64,000 nucleotides of DNA from Haliotis cracherodii. Its lineage: Eukaryota. The stretch's first letter is position 1, and every line of letters starts with the position of its first letter. The stretch covers positions 9,362,001-9,426,000 of the forward strand of contig NW_027266276.1 of the NCBI RefSeq assembly GCF_022045235.1, given 5' to 3'. The notes beneath the pieces are model-generated. The model saw nothing but the letters and a program-made list of their open reading frames with translations. It was not told the origin of the DNA and searched no databases. Positions 25,900 to 38,383 of the stretch are shown piece by piece. The position numbers were made by a program, and so were the translations under genes.

Positions 25900-26739
25900 C
25901 ACTGTGGAAGGAATATATCAATCCCAATGATAACACTGTGCCTTTTATACTGAAGGATGCTATTGAATTGTCGACACACGCTAACACATGAAACAGAACG
26001 AAGAACATAATCTTTGAGTGGTTGGACTCGTCATTATAAACGGAGAGCCTGCTTGACCCTATTCCTGAATATTATTCAACATGAAAACGTTCTTCTGCAT
26101 GTGTTGACAATCAGAATTCTACAACCACAGCACGGATGATGCTAGTGTAAAGGGGACCTCTGTTTGTATTGATTGTCCCGCGGTGATATTTATATAACCT
26201 GACATTGTGACAATGACGGCGAGTACATGTAGCGCTTGTTTGCAGGAACATAGTCTAGCGGGACTTTCAGTGGCACGCCGATGGCATATTTTATTCATGG
26301 AATCATGAATTCCTCGTTGTGTCAAGAGTGTTGAAGTGATTTAAACAGGGTCATGAGATATAGTCATCTCGTTACAGAAAAACCTTTGATTTTCAAGAAC
26401 AAAATTCCTGCGATAACTTAGCTCAAAAGTTCAAGGCAAACAGCAGGACAGCAAAAAAACACCAAGGAATGACGCTATAGTTTGCTTAGCAATATTCATT
26501 GTCATTTTGTGCGCATACCGATAGTAAATAGAAACAGTACCTACTGGTTTTGTTTGACATTTCCATGATCAGCTGTGAATAAAATATGAATTATTTATTA
26601 ATACAAAAATAAGTGTATACATGTAAATTTAATAGGCGTGTAGGAGATATCTATAGGAGAAATGACATTTTACATTGCTGCGTACGATACGAAAGATGTT
26701 TTTTTAATAAAAACAATTATGTTTGTTACTCGCAAGGTT

Positions 26740-27177
26740 GGGGGCGTTGGGTAGCCACATGGTTAACGCGTTCACTTGTCACGGGAAGGCGAGGGTTCCA
26801 TTCCTCACACGGGTACATTGGGTAGAATAGGTCTTCAGCAACCAATGCTTGTCATAAAAAGCGACTATGCTTGTCGTAAGGGGCGACTAACGGGGTCGGG
26901 TGGTCAGGTTCGCTGACTTGGTTGATGCATGTCATCGATCCCAATTGCGTGGATCGATGCTCATGACGTCAATCACTGGATTGTCTGGTCCAGACTCGAT
27001 TATTTACAGACATTATTTGCCGTCATATAGCTGGAATATTACCGGGCGCGGTGTTAAACAACTAACCAAACCAAACCAAACCAAAACATTGTGTGAAGCC
27101 CATTTCTGGTGTCCGACATCGTGATATTGATGGATTATTGCTAAAAACGTCGTAAAACCATACTTACACACTCACTC
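26740..27177 (+). mobile_element. Family A SINE interrupted by a family C element (26821-27085)
   Basis: A head ends gggtacattg and resumes acattgtgtgaagcccatttc; TSD acattg. Confidence 0.9.
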
Positions 27178-28662
27178 GTAAGATTGGGTACACAAAGAGT
27201 AGAAAGATTTTAAAAAATACAGACTAAAATTGTAAAATTGTATCTTCGACGTTTCCCGATTAAAAAGCCGTAACGTCAGTACCCGCAATGGACGGTTTTA
27301 TTGCATATCTGACTCACCATATATAGTCGGAAGAGAGAGATGTAAATGTCAAAATATTGACTCTTTTATACAGAAGCATGTCAAATTATTTTTGTCATTC
27401 GCCTTGAGCCAAAACTACTTTTTCATGTAAAGGCAATAAAATAGTGCCTCGTGTGTCGAGAACCTTGTTATGGCGTCAAGGTTTGAAAACAATCACTTAA
27501 CCCCTTAGAAGGATTTGTTAGGGAACAGTCGCAGAGTGTTGGCACCAGGCGGCGCGCCAATAGAGAGACGACAGGAACACAGATGATAAGCCGATCCGAA
27601 TAGATAGAATTTATCGAACGCATAGCGCATCAGCAGTTGCAGCCTTTACCGTTACTATTGTTGTCAATGATAGCCAAGCGTGATTGTTCCCAGAAATGCC
27701 GCCACTCATTGTTCACGACTGGCCGAGTTTTGCTCAACGATATTGCTTCAGATGGATTTCATTTTCCATTTGTGACAGCCATCTTTCTACTTGACTTGGT
27801 CGTTTGTGTCCAGAAGCACATGGTCCGCTTTTATACCTTGAATCCAAGCAATAAGCCCCGTAGCCATATTGTCACATTAATATCTGTAACAGAATCCGTT
27901 ACCATATCCCTTACACTAATAACTCTCTCAATGCTTGATGACACTGGCTAATATGAAGAGATGAGACATTCAATTCGATTCACACATATATACACAGTAT
28001 CGATGAAACGGCGAACAGAGGCCGGAATGAATGAAGTTAAATATTTAATCAATGTGCTATATTTGCATTTGGCAGTGTTGAGTTCCAAGTGAATCGCTTC
28101 AAGAGAAGGATTTCAGTATTATTTACTCTTGCATGCAAAACTGTCCTTGTGTTTTCACAAACCAATCGGGCTCTTCACAAACGTTGGCTAATTACAAGTT
28201 AATGATGTGGCGAGTGCACTACCTTCTCGTCGGAAAAACAAGAGAAGGCCTGTAATGATAATGTATCGATCTATTATTTCGCCTACGAAAGACATTAACA
28301 TTTTAGTGTTCATTTACAGTGTACGTATCCATATTCTCAGCTTGGATGATAGCGAATTATATCTACAGAAGCTACAAAGCTTGAAAACTCTGGACAACCT
28401 TTGACCTTTGTGACGTCACTACATCGCGTTCATCAGTTTATACATGCTTTTTCCGCGGAAGGCCCACCGCTTGAGAAGGAAGCTAGCGCGGGAAATATCA
28501 GCGAAGGTCTTGGCACAGTCTCCATTTGGGTCGGCATTCGGTTTCATATTGCTTGGGTTGGCGTATCGCTGCTTCACACGGGGTTTATTCGTCTGCTTGT
28601 GTTAGCTGTGTCGTGCACGCGCACATTGTCGTCTGCTTGGAACGTTTGATTTACCAGACGAC

Positions 28663-29183
28663 ATGGATTTCCCTGAAGAGACAGCCAAAGTGAACACTCA
28701 CGTAAGTGTATCGCCCCAACCTGAAGGAACCACTGGACTTTTGGGGAACGTGAAAAGATGCGGCTTGAAATGCTTGAGGGGCTCCAAGGAAAATTTACTT
28801 TTAATTTTGCTACTGTGTTCCGTGCTCCTCGGAGTGGGGATCGGGTTTGCAGTTCGAAGTGCAAGACCCGATTTCACGAAAAGAGAAATTATGTATTTGA
28901 TGTTCCCTGGTGAAATTTTAATGCGAATGTTACGAATGTTGATTTTGCCGCTAATCATCTCCAGTTTGATTGCCGGAATTGCTGGATTGGACGCCAAAAC
29001 ATGCGGGAAAATGGGTCTTCGTACCATTGCATATTTCGCTACAACTACAGTCATATCCGTTATTATGGGTATTATTATGGCCATTGCCATAAGACCAGGA
29101 GGCGGGGCCAACCGGGCCAAACTTAAGAGGTATGGTACAGCGGCCAAGGTGAACTCCGTCGACACCTTCCTGGACCTCGTGAG
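28663..29183 (+). CDS. SLC1A: First coding exon of an SLC1A-family (EAAT / dicarboxylate:amino acid cation symporter) transporter, N-terminus through TM3
   Basis: The translation contains ENLLLILLLCSVLLGVGIG, YLMFPGEILMRMLRMLILPLIISSLIAGIAGLDAKTCGKMGLRTIAYF, IRPG and DTFLDLVR, which are hallmark EAAT motifs. The start is gacATGG. The ORF ends at a consensus donor AG|GTAAGA (phase 2, GT at 29184) within the DL[IV]R motif. The exact paralog is not assignable. Confidence 0.95.
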
Positions 29184-29559
29184 GTAAGATCTGTTCAACT
29201 TTTTCCATCAAGTATATATATTCTTTCACCAATTCAGTTTTCTCTGAATACATCCATACCTTGCTCACGAAGCAACCTTGGTACGTGCATGCTGCAATTA
29301 CAACGAAGAACACCCAACACGGTGTAATCACAATATTTATTGTGGGGCCGACAAGGAAATGATACACGTTTTGTGAAACGCTAAACTGTATTGGTTCCTG
29401 TTTTCCGAACGCTCCACTCCTACCATCTGACATGAAGTTAAATTAATGTGTTTCTCAATTCGTTTGAATTTTCTAATTCTCACTTATTTTTGCACCTGAA
29501 TTCTTTATTGTTGATGCATTTACATTTTTCAATGTCCGACCGACAATTTATTCAAGTAG

Positions 29560-30370
29560 TCTAAGTTACTGTTTGTTCACAGTCTGAATTAAAATTTGTT
29601 CAGTCTGTATGTATTTGTCAAATGATATTGTTTCTTAAAACCAGTTTCATTTAACGGTCAAAATGCAACTTTGTTGCATTGTCTGAACGACAATTTGATA
29701 TTACTGCTTGAATATTTCTGTTAATCAGCCTAAATATCAAATTGCACAAATAGCCGGAATATTACATCGTTCATTCTGCATACAGAGCAAGTCGACCAGC
29801 TTTGTTGGTTGTCAATTTGGGATACAATCGGATCTTGTATTACCTGGACGTGAATTTGTTTATAAATCCTGAATGTCAACATGTTTTTAATATACCTGAA
29901 GACAATTTCGTTCGGTCTGAGTTCATTGGATAAGACTTAATGGCACTTTGTTCAGTTTGATTATTGGTTAATGCAATCTAAATGACGATTTATTCAGTTT
30001 GAATTAATTATATAATACAACCTGAAAGATATTTTGTTTAAATTGAGTGCATTGGATAATACAATCTAAATGCGAGTTTGTTGAGTCGGACTGTAAAGAT
30101 TCGTTTGATCTAAATAACAGCTTTTTTTAGTCTGACATGTGGGCGGAAATAGGGGTGACAATTTGTTCAGTCCGATTCAATTTGTTCAGTCCGATTAAAT
30201 AAATTCGTTTAATCTGAATGACAGTTGGTTCAGTCTGGTTTGCTTCTTACAATCTAATTGACAAAATGTTAAGTCTAACTATTGTTCATACAGTCAAATA
30301 GAGAACTGGTTCAATCTGATTGTATTAGTTCATACAATCTGAATGACAGTTGGTTCAGTCTGACTGTATG
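29560..30370. repeat. Old, highly diverged tandem repeat (acaatct(g/a)aatgaca.tttgttcagtctga core)
   Basis: Recurrent ttgttcagtctga / caatctaaatg motifs at irregular ~45-bp spacing. Confidence 0.6.
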
Positions 30371-30789
30371 AGACGACACTGACATTCTCTGTTGCCCAAC
30401 ATGCGATCTTTATAAAAAGATTTTCTCAAACCTGAAGCTTGTCTGAATCAAGTGAGGGTAAGAAAATATGGGGACAGGTCATGATTTTACCAGGCCACTT
30501 TGTTTACGTCATTAGGGACCACATAAAGTCTATTTAAATAGTTTTCCAAATATGGCTCTATTACAATCTCTACGTCATATATTCATCTGTGACGTCAACA
30601 TTCAAACTATAGGCGAACATCAATATTTTATTCACGGATTGTGTTAAGGGACAAATATCAATTTTGTCCCATGTCTCCCAGCATCAAAACCTATCTTAAA
30701 TTGACTGATTCAAATGACTAAAATGTTAAAATGGATTATATATGAACAGTAAAGATTAATAGTAATTTAATGTATTCGTACGTACACCC

Positions 30790-30790
<1 letters not shown>

Positions 30791-30856
<66 letters not shown>
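30791..30856. repeat. (TA)n microsatellite
   Basis: Directly visible. Confidence 1.
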
Positions 30857-30857
<1 letters not shown>

Positions 30858-31659
30858 TCCCGTTAATCGTTCAACTTAGTGGTTTGTCTATACAAGGTAA
30901 AACGATTCAAGTACAAAAGGAAATACAGAACATTTTACAATTGTGTGTCGTGGCTGTTTTCACATAAATAAATCAAATCACAATGATGAGCTATTGTACA
31001 ACTGTTCTAATTCCAAGAGAATTAAAACCAGGTTCTACGACATGATCAGGTTGTGGTGCCAGTCGTAGATCACTATCAATGAGGGAAAAGGCGTGTTTTA
31101 AAACTCGCTTCACCTTCTCCAATTTCACCATGCTTTGGAATGAAGCGATAAACTGAGGGGAATCACTTGACTTCAGTTTGGCAACTGCCCCATTTCTATG
31201 CAAATATTGGAATACAGCCAAGCCAGTATTGTGTTCCATTGTTGTGTTCCTTGTGGTAACAGTGTCATTGACATTTATGTTACACGTTTGCAACTACTGA
31301 ACTGATCATCACCGACAAATACAGGAAGTTAGCATCAGTTGCAGTGAGATGATATGAATGATTGAGCAAATCTCAAATGTCATTTGAAAGTAATGGCAGT
31401 CGTATGTCAACCATGTGTCAAATGTTGCAGTCATTTGAAAAATTAAGTAATTGGTTGCATTAGAATCATTTGAAGATATTTGCCATGTTAACGAACGCCT
31501 GGTGTCAGAGCTGATTTTCAGTTATCCTTTCATCAAATTTTCACCTGCTATTTTGCCTTTTACGCCCAATGGAATGTTTCGGCATATAATCGAGACTGGT
31601 TATATTCTGGCTTTGGAGCTTTATATTTACTTACTATTATCAATCACGTGCCATTTTTG

Positions 31660-32460
31660 CGGTCATTGGCAGTCATTTGTCATTGTTGGCAATCATGTGA
31701 CAATCATGTGTAATTGCTGGCAATCATGTGACAATCCTAACAGTCATGTATCATTGTTGACAAACAGTCGTTTGCAGTCATGTGTCATTGTTGGCAATCA
31801 TGTGACAATCATGTGTAAGTGCTGGCAATCATGTGACAATCATGTGTAATTGCTGGCAATCGTGTGACAATCATTACAGTCATGTATCATTGTTTACAAG
31901 TAATCGTTAGGAGTCATGTGTCATTGTTGGCAATCATGTGACAATCATGTGTAATTGTTGACAGTCATATGACAATCATTACAGTCATGTATCATTGTTT
32001 ACAAGCAGTCGTTAGGAGTCACGTGTCATTGTTGGCAATCATGTGACAATCATGTGTAATTGTTGACAGTCATATGACAATCATTACAGTCATGTATCAT
32101 TGTTTACAAGCAGTCGTTTGCAGTCATGTGTCATTGTTTGCAATCATATGACAATCATGTGTAATTGTTGACAATCATTACAGTCATGTATCATTGTTTA
32201 CAAGCAGTCGTTAGCGGTCATGTGTCATTGATGGCAATCATGTGACAATCATGTGTAATTGTTGACAATCATGTGACAATCATTACAGTCATGTACCATT
32301 GTTTACAAACAGTCGTTAGCAGTCACGTGTCATTGTTGGCAATCACGTAACAATCATGTGTAATTGTTGACAATCATGTGACAATCATTGTTATCATTGT
32401 TTACAAGCAGTCGTTAGGAGTCATGTGTCAGTGCATACAATCATTGACAATCATGTGTGT
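31660..32460. repeat. Compound tandem repeat, ~105-bp higher-order unit built from tgacaatcatg-like subunits
   Basis: gtca(t/c)gtgtcattgttggcaatc at 31913, 32018 and 32123. Confidence 0.92.
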
Positions 32461-32649
32461 TTGTCTCACTTCATTGTGTTCAGTTTTCAATGTGTGGTAA
32501 TATTTGCAGCATCAAGCAATCTTCCTAAACGTGTGCAAACGCTCCAAATTATGTTTGAATACTTGATCATTAGATACGTAGGAATGAAATTCTTATATTA
32601 CTGAAACAATTGTGCAGTCTACTAAGTGATGTTAATGTGTGAGCATTAC

Positions 32650-32858
32650 TGGTTAGAATTAGTCCTCGACAGCCTCTGCTGATCGTAAGTGGCGACCAAA
32701 TGGTACGGGCGATCAGGTAAGGCCAAATGGTTGATTGTGTGTCATCGTACTTCGACAGGGTGGGTCGGTGCTCACAATATCAATCACTGGATTGTCTCGA
32801 TTATTACTCTGCCTAAATAAAAGCTGGAATATTGTGAACGGCGTTTAAAAACAAACAC
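32650..32858 (+). mobile_element. Family C element, highly diverged
   Basis: ggttagaattagtcctc...tcgtaagtggcgaccaa...caatcactggattgtct...gctggaatattg. Confidence 0.7.
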
Positions 32859-34165
32859 AGTGGAAACGTAACGTTTAATTAATATTAAAATAGTCTGTGT
32901 GGTTTGAATATAATTATTGGTAATCTATTCACAAAAATTGTGAAATTGAATTTATGTGTATCATTTTACGCTCTGTACTCTCTGAAATGTACAGTCGTGA
33001 ATTTGCATCGTATTTAGGAAACTAATTAATGACTGGAATTCCTTTGAGTGATATTGTAGTGAATGGATCAATTATTTGTTGGAATGCGTGGAAACAACAA
33101 CAAGTAATTAGGTCACACCTGATGTTTGTTGGCATTGTCATTAGGAGGTTCACTAATCAACACGGTCGTTTCAAGCTGTCAACACATCAATCAGAACACA
33201 CGTGGTGTGCCACATTCTCAGTGCAGATAGTACCTCTGTTCGTGCACTGGTGTGGCCATTACCCTACACCAACACAGAATCTGCCTAATGTCACAGGGGC
33301 TGTAAATTTAACTTAACAAATCTGTAGATAGGAACCGGATTCATGATTAGCCGATCTTGGCATGGCTAAATGACGGGCGGATTCCTTTACAACCTCATGC
33401 TTCGCCACTTGTCCCATATATATCATGGAGGCATGGCTGGCCCAGTCGTCTAAGTTGCCGGAAAAAATCGCATTTTCGAGTTGCGTCCCTTTGGTGTGTC
33501 AGGATCATGTGACATGCACCGGCTCCATTCAAAATAAAGCTGATACCCTTGATTAAATGTTGTCAGACAAACAGAAAAGGACACATAACAGACGCACCGA
33601 GTCATCATTATTACGATGTGCATAATATGTGTTAGACTAACATCTAGTCTCTGAAATGAACATTTCGTACAGAAAAAACAGTTGTTCAGTTATCGTAATA
33701 AAAATATAATAAAAGGGAGCCCAGTGACTCTCTTCATTTTCAGATACTGCTGTAATCTAGACTTGCCAAACATTATAGACTTGCATGGGCTGTATTTGAT
33801 ATATATTTGTATCAGGGTCTGTAAGACAGACTAAATATGTGTTTGGGATCTGTTTCCAATACAAATTAAATTTCTTCCAGAACTTGACATTAAGGGTGAA
33901 TGAAAAAAGAAAACAGTTCAATATTATCAAATGTATTACCATGTAGGTAACTACAAAGCTAATGGCGTTGATTCTACTGTCCTAATTTGATTAATCACCA
34001 GTATCACTTTGAATGTCAAAGCCTACGATGATAACGGTGTAAAATATCCATTGATTTGTAGATGACCATGCTTCAAATACGAAACCTAATGGACAGTAAT
34101 GCATCTGCCAACAGAAAAAAATATTCCACGCTAAGTGGAATGTCATAACGGGCATTCGGAGAAGC

Positions 34166-34212
34166 CGAGTATCTACCGAGTATCTACCGAGTATCTACCG
34201 AGTATCAACCGA
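34166..34212. repeat. 11-bp tandem repeat ccgagtatcta x4
   Basis: Directly visible, abutting the MITE TIR. Confidence 0.9.
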
Positions 34213-34730
34213 CTAAAGTACTCACGGAAATGAAAAAAAACTATTTCTCAATTTAAAAATCGACACAGAGTGTTACGTAGCTGTAAATACGAAATAACAA
34301 AACAACTCGAAAAGTACTAGTCTGGATTTGCTAGTTTGATCTCAGTGAACAATACAAAATGTACTTTACAGGAGGTAATTTGTTGGAACTTTCAACATTC
34401 AAAAATAAAACTAAGTCCAAATTGACATAGCAGAAACAGACCATAGGCATTATGCACCTGTTTTCACCTGTCGTCAAGGTGTCATAGGTCACCTTGATCT
34501 ACTTACACCTGCTTATGTACTGTTTCACAATAGTCTGTTTTATTCAGATTTTTACACACTTTTACGTATAAAAAGGCATAAAAACATTTGATACGCTGTA
34601 TTTGTGCCACGGCCCAATTAGTACTAATTTAGTTGTTTGAATATTTACATATTTTGTATATTAACTGCACTTATTTAGAGATCTGAGGTCGAAAAAACAG
34701 TGTGTTTTTTCATTTCCGTGAGTACTTTAG
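34213..34730. mobile_element. MITE-like element with perfect ~26-bp TIRs
   Basis: ctaaagtactcacggaaatgaaaaaa ... ttttttcatttccgtgagtactttag. Confidence 0.88.
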
Positions 34731-35725
34731 CTTATACCTTAGGTCTAATACGGATCATATTTGACAAACATATTACTGTGAAGATGAGGGATCATCTTGC
34801 GGGGAAGACGTCCTTTAGAGGGGGCACTCAGGAATAGAAATGATATTTATTTCAGGTGTGTTATTGTGTATGTTTGCCATCTGCAATTAAAGTGTTCCAA
34901 CCCGAATAATTCTTTCGATCGGGCTTCGAATCGGGAAATGTCTCGAGCTAGATACATTCATTTGTAATTTCGACCTTTCATTTTCAGTTGGTCGAGATAC
35001 CTTTTTCATCTTGTGTGGTCCCGAGGTCTAGTATGTGTATTATACAACGTATTGTTTGTGTTCTTGTGGTACTTATTGACCAGTTCAGTCGTCAAAGGAA
35101 CATCCATCATTGGCTGCATAACATAAACAATGTCACAAGGTGTTTTGTGTGCATAGGGAACTTTTTATAGTCTTGGCATTTAGATGAACACACGCCATTC
35201 TTGCTATGATGCAAAGACATTTCTACCGTGGCTTCATGGAAAGGCTAAACTCAATCACAAAACAACTTATACGTTATAGGTGTGAGTTGATAATTACCCT
35301 AATATAGCATGATTGTGCTACAGTGACAAATAGAATCGGTACTGGTACTTCAGTGAAGCTTAACTACAATGGATAAAGACCCCTGATGCTATGAAAATGA
35401 TAATAATCCTCCTTTTATTAATCCTTAAGTATATTACTGCCATGTTGAAGTGTAACCTTCACACAATTTGCTGAAATAGGTTGTGATAAAAGCGTAATGA
35501 CGAATAATCGTAGGATAATCACCTCCTGGTGCAGTATATGTGATTACCCTTTCGTGAAATAATTACTATTACTGATAGTTTAGTGGGGTTTTCACAAGAC
35601 TTACTAGAACAAGATGCCATTAATGAATTATCACGACCAACCATTATATTGGAAAAAATCCATTGACATATGATTGATAAAACCCTATCGGGAGTCTCTC
35701 GAAAGACCCTACTTATATATTACAA

Positions 35726-35989
35726 TGAGTGAGTGAGTGAGTTGGGTTTAACGCCGCTTTTAACAGTATTCCAGTTATATCGCGGCGTGTCAGCTTAATG
35801 TGGGAGGAAAGCCCGAAGTGATGCAGGTCTCAGAAGTTTACCACTTCGGTGAAACCCACGAGCACGGGTATGGTGCTGACAAACCTAGAAACATAATCGT
35901 GGCGAACCGGGATTCGAACCCACAATCATGGGTTTCAACTCTGCACAGCGAATCGCGGCGCCTTAGACGACTGGGCCACCCGTGCCCCC
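35726..35989 (-). mobile_element. Family B SINE with 19-nt hairpin deletion
   Basis: TSD tatattacaatga. Confidence 0.95.
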
Positions 35990-36410
35990 TTATATTACAA
36001 TGACTATTCCAGCAAGATAATGGCTTACTTAACATGAAACTATTCCTTCCCTGATTTAGCCTCTGCTCCTCGGAGGCAACAATGGCTTCCAACACGACAC
36101 CATGTGTGGGTGTGTTTCATCTTGGATTTCCTTATCATCAACATTTGATTTAAGTGTTCTATTTGCAAATCAATTCTCCGTTACGGATTTGTAAAAGGAG
36201 TGTTGTTCTCACACAACACGAGCGTGTCAAATATTCATCAAATAATAGCAGATGGGATCTCACATTTTCTATAATTCGGTTACCCAAATAAAATACTTCC
36301 TCCAGCTCCTACCAGAAACGAATTATGTTTTACATGCATCGTCATCCTCGGAGAGCATATCAAGTGAGCGGTTGCTTTGCCCCCAGTGGCACTGGTGTAG
36401 ATGATTATGT

Positions 36411-36591
36411 GTGAGTGAGTGAGTGAGTGAGTGAGTGAGTATGGTTTTACGCCGCTTTTAGCAATATTTCAGCAATATCACGGCGGGGGACACCAGAAAT
36501 GGGCTTCACACATTGTACCCATGTCGGGAATCGAACCCGGGTCTTCGCCGCGACGAGCGAACGCTTTAACCACTAGGCTACCCGACCGCCC
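36411..36591 (-). mobile_element. Family A SINE, near consensus
   Basis: TSD agatgattatg. Confidence 0.95.
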
Positions 36592-37083
36592 AGATGATTA
36601 TGAGTGATCTACATTATCAAACCGTATTTAGCATTGCCGTGTGGCTAGTTTGCCTTAAATCAATAGACCATCTCGTGCAAGATCAGGTATTGTTCGGTGA
36701 AGATGCGCGTACGTGTTTTCATTATGCATGAGTCTGCGTGATAGCTTACAGTATTACGGGACCACTCGCCTTTGACTTCCAGAACGTAATTACTAGTCAT
36801 GATTTATGGAACATCCTCATCCATCAGCCAATGCAGGATGCAGATCAGCAGCTCGTGCAGTATCTCGGACTAAAATGTGCGTTGATGTGCGCTTAGAGAA
36901 AACACTGGTTAAGGTCGGTGTTGGTTTTACCGTTACATGCCGTGTGAGGTAATACACTTAATGCATCATGAAACAAGTGTTGATCATAATATTATTATGA
37001 ATGTGTATGTGAGACAATACAGAGCATGTCGGTGGTATTTATGGAAACAAAGGTAGCTGAAAATTTGATTTTTATAACACTGG

Positions 37084-37154
37084 ACCCGTGAAGACCCGGG
37101 ATAGAATAGGTCTTCAGGAACCCATCCTTGCCGTAAAAGGCGACAAACAAACAA
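37084..37154 (+). mobile_element. Family C mini-element (5' head joined directly to CAAA tail)
   Basis: acccgtgaagacccgggatagaataggtcttcag...aaggcgacaaacaaacaa; TSD ttttataa(c/a)actg. Confidence 0.8.
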
Positions 37155-37484
37155 TTTTATAAAACTGCATAATGTTTGAACTTGTGTTGCATTTGTTGTA
37201 CTGCAGAACTATGTTACACACCGACAGCAAATGGAATACTATGTGATTCAAAATATGTTGTAAAATTTTCCAAAAGGTCACACTATGCAGTTTGTATATT
37301 GTTTAACGTCGCACTCAAAAATATTCCAACTATATGACCGCGGTCCACACTATATTAGGGCTATAAATAAAACATAGAGATAAGTATTTTTGGATCATTA
37401 TGTCAATTCCAAATGAAACATATTACATATAAACACACAAAGCAGGACGTACTATAGCACGAATGTTGTTCCACTAGCCATAAG

Positions 37485-37770
37485 GAGTGAGTGAGTGAGT
37501 GAGTTGGGTTTAACGCCGCTTTTAACAGTATTCCAGTTATATCGCGGCGTGTCAGCTTAATGTGGGAGGAAAGCCCGAGGTGATGCAGGTCTCAGATGTT
37601 TACCACTTCGGCGAAACCCACGAGCACGGGTATGGTGCTGACAAACCTGGAAACATAATCGTGGCGAACCGGGATTCGAACACACAATCATAGGTTTCTG
37701 GCGTGCCCATGGAACGCAAATCTGCATAGCGAATCGCGACGCCTTAGACAACTGGGCCACCCGTGTCCCC
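37485..37770 (-). mobile_element. Family B SINE, full length
   Basis: Reverse complement of consensus. Confidence 0.93.
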
Positions 37771-37883
37771 GGTATATAATGGAACGCCGTCCCCGCATAA
37801 TGTTGAAATATTATGAAATGACGTGCTTGACGTATTACATTGACGAAATTCCGTCATCGTATTAATTTTATCATATAATATTT

Positions 37884-38018
37884 CCCCGGGAAAATCCGGG
37901 TTTGAATAGGTCTTTAGCAACCCATGCTTGACGTTAAAGGCGAATATGCTTGTCGTAAGAGGCGACTAACGGGACTTACGGGCTCAGAAGACCTATTCTA
38001 ACCCGGATCTTTACTGGT
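37884..38018. mobile_element. Family C head plus inverted head fragment
   Basis: ...gtcgtaagaggcgactaacggga then gaagacctattctaacccggatcttta. Confidence 0.8.
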
Positions 38019-38383
38019 TGAAACAGTATCTGTGTAACAGGCACTAATTGCGGCGTAAAACAAAATCAACGTGTGCGTAACTTTAACACGACAACACGTA
38101 ACTTAAGGCCTATATAAAGTGACTAATCATGGTTTTGGCTGTGCCAATATGATATTAATCTTTGGTACTAAAAGGTGTTGATGTCACTGGGTAGTCTGGT
38201 TCAGTGTCGATTGTTTACAGACCGTTGTCATATAGCTGGAAAATTGCTAAGTGCGGAGTTAAACAACAAACCAAAGAAAAAGAAGAAAGATCATACAACA
38301 TACAAATGAACAGTACAACAACGTGAAACAAGCTTCATAAGAGGTATATATTGAATACAACACGATAGATTGTATTGCTGACC

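Noticed and set aside
25920-26340. Faint Tc1-transposase-like traces on the minus strand (also 42550-43120)
   Set aside because: Too degraded; DDE motifs cannot be read in frame.
28574-29433. Antisense ORFs overlapping the SLC1A exon
   Set aside because: Shadow ORFs of the real coding strand with no independent motif.
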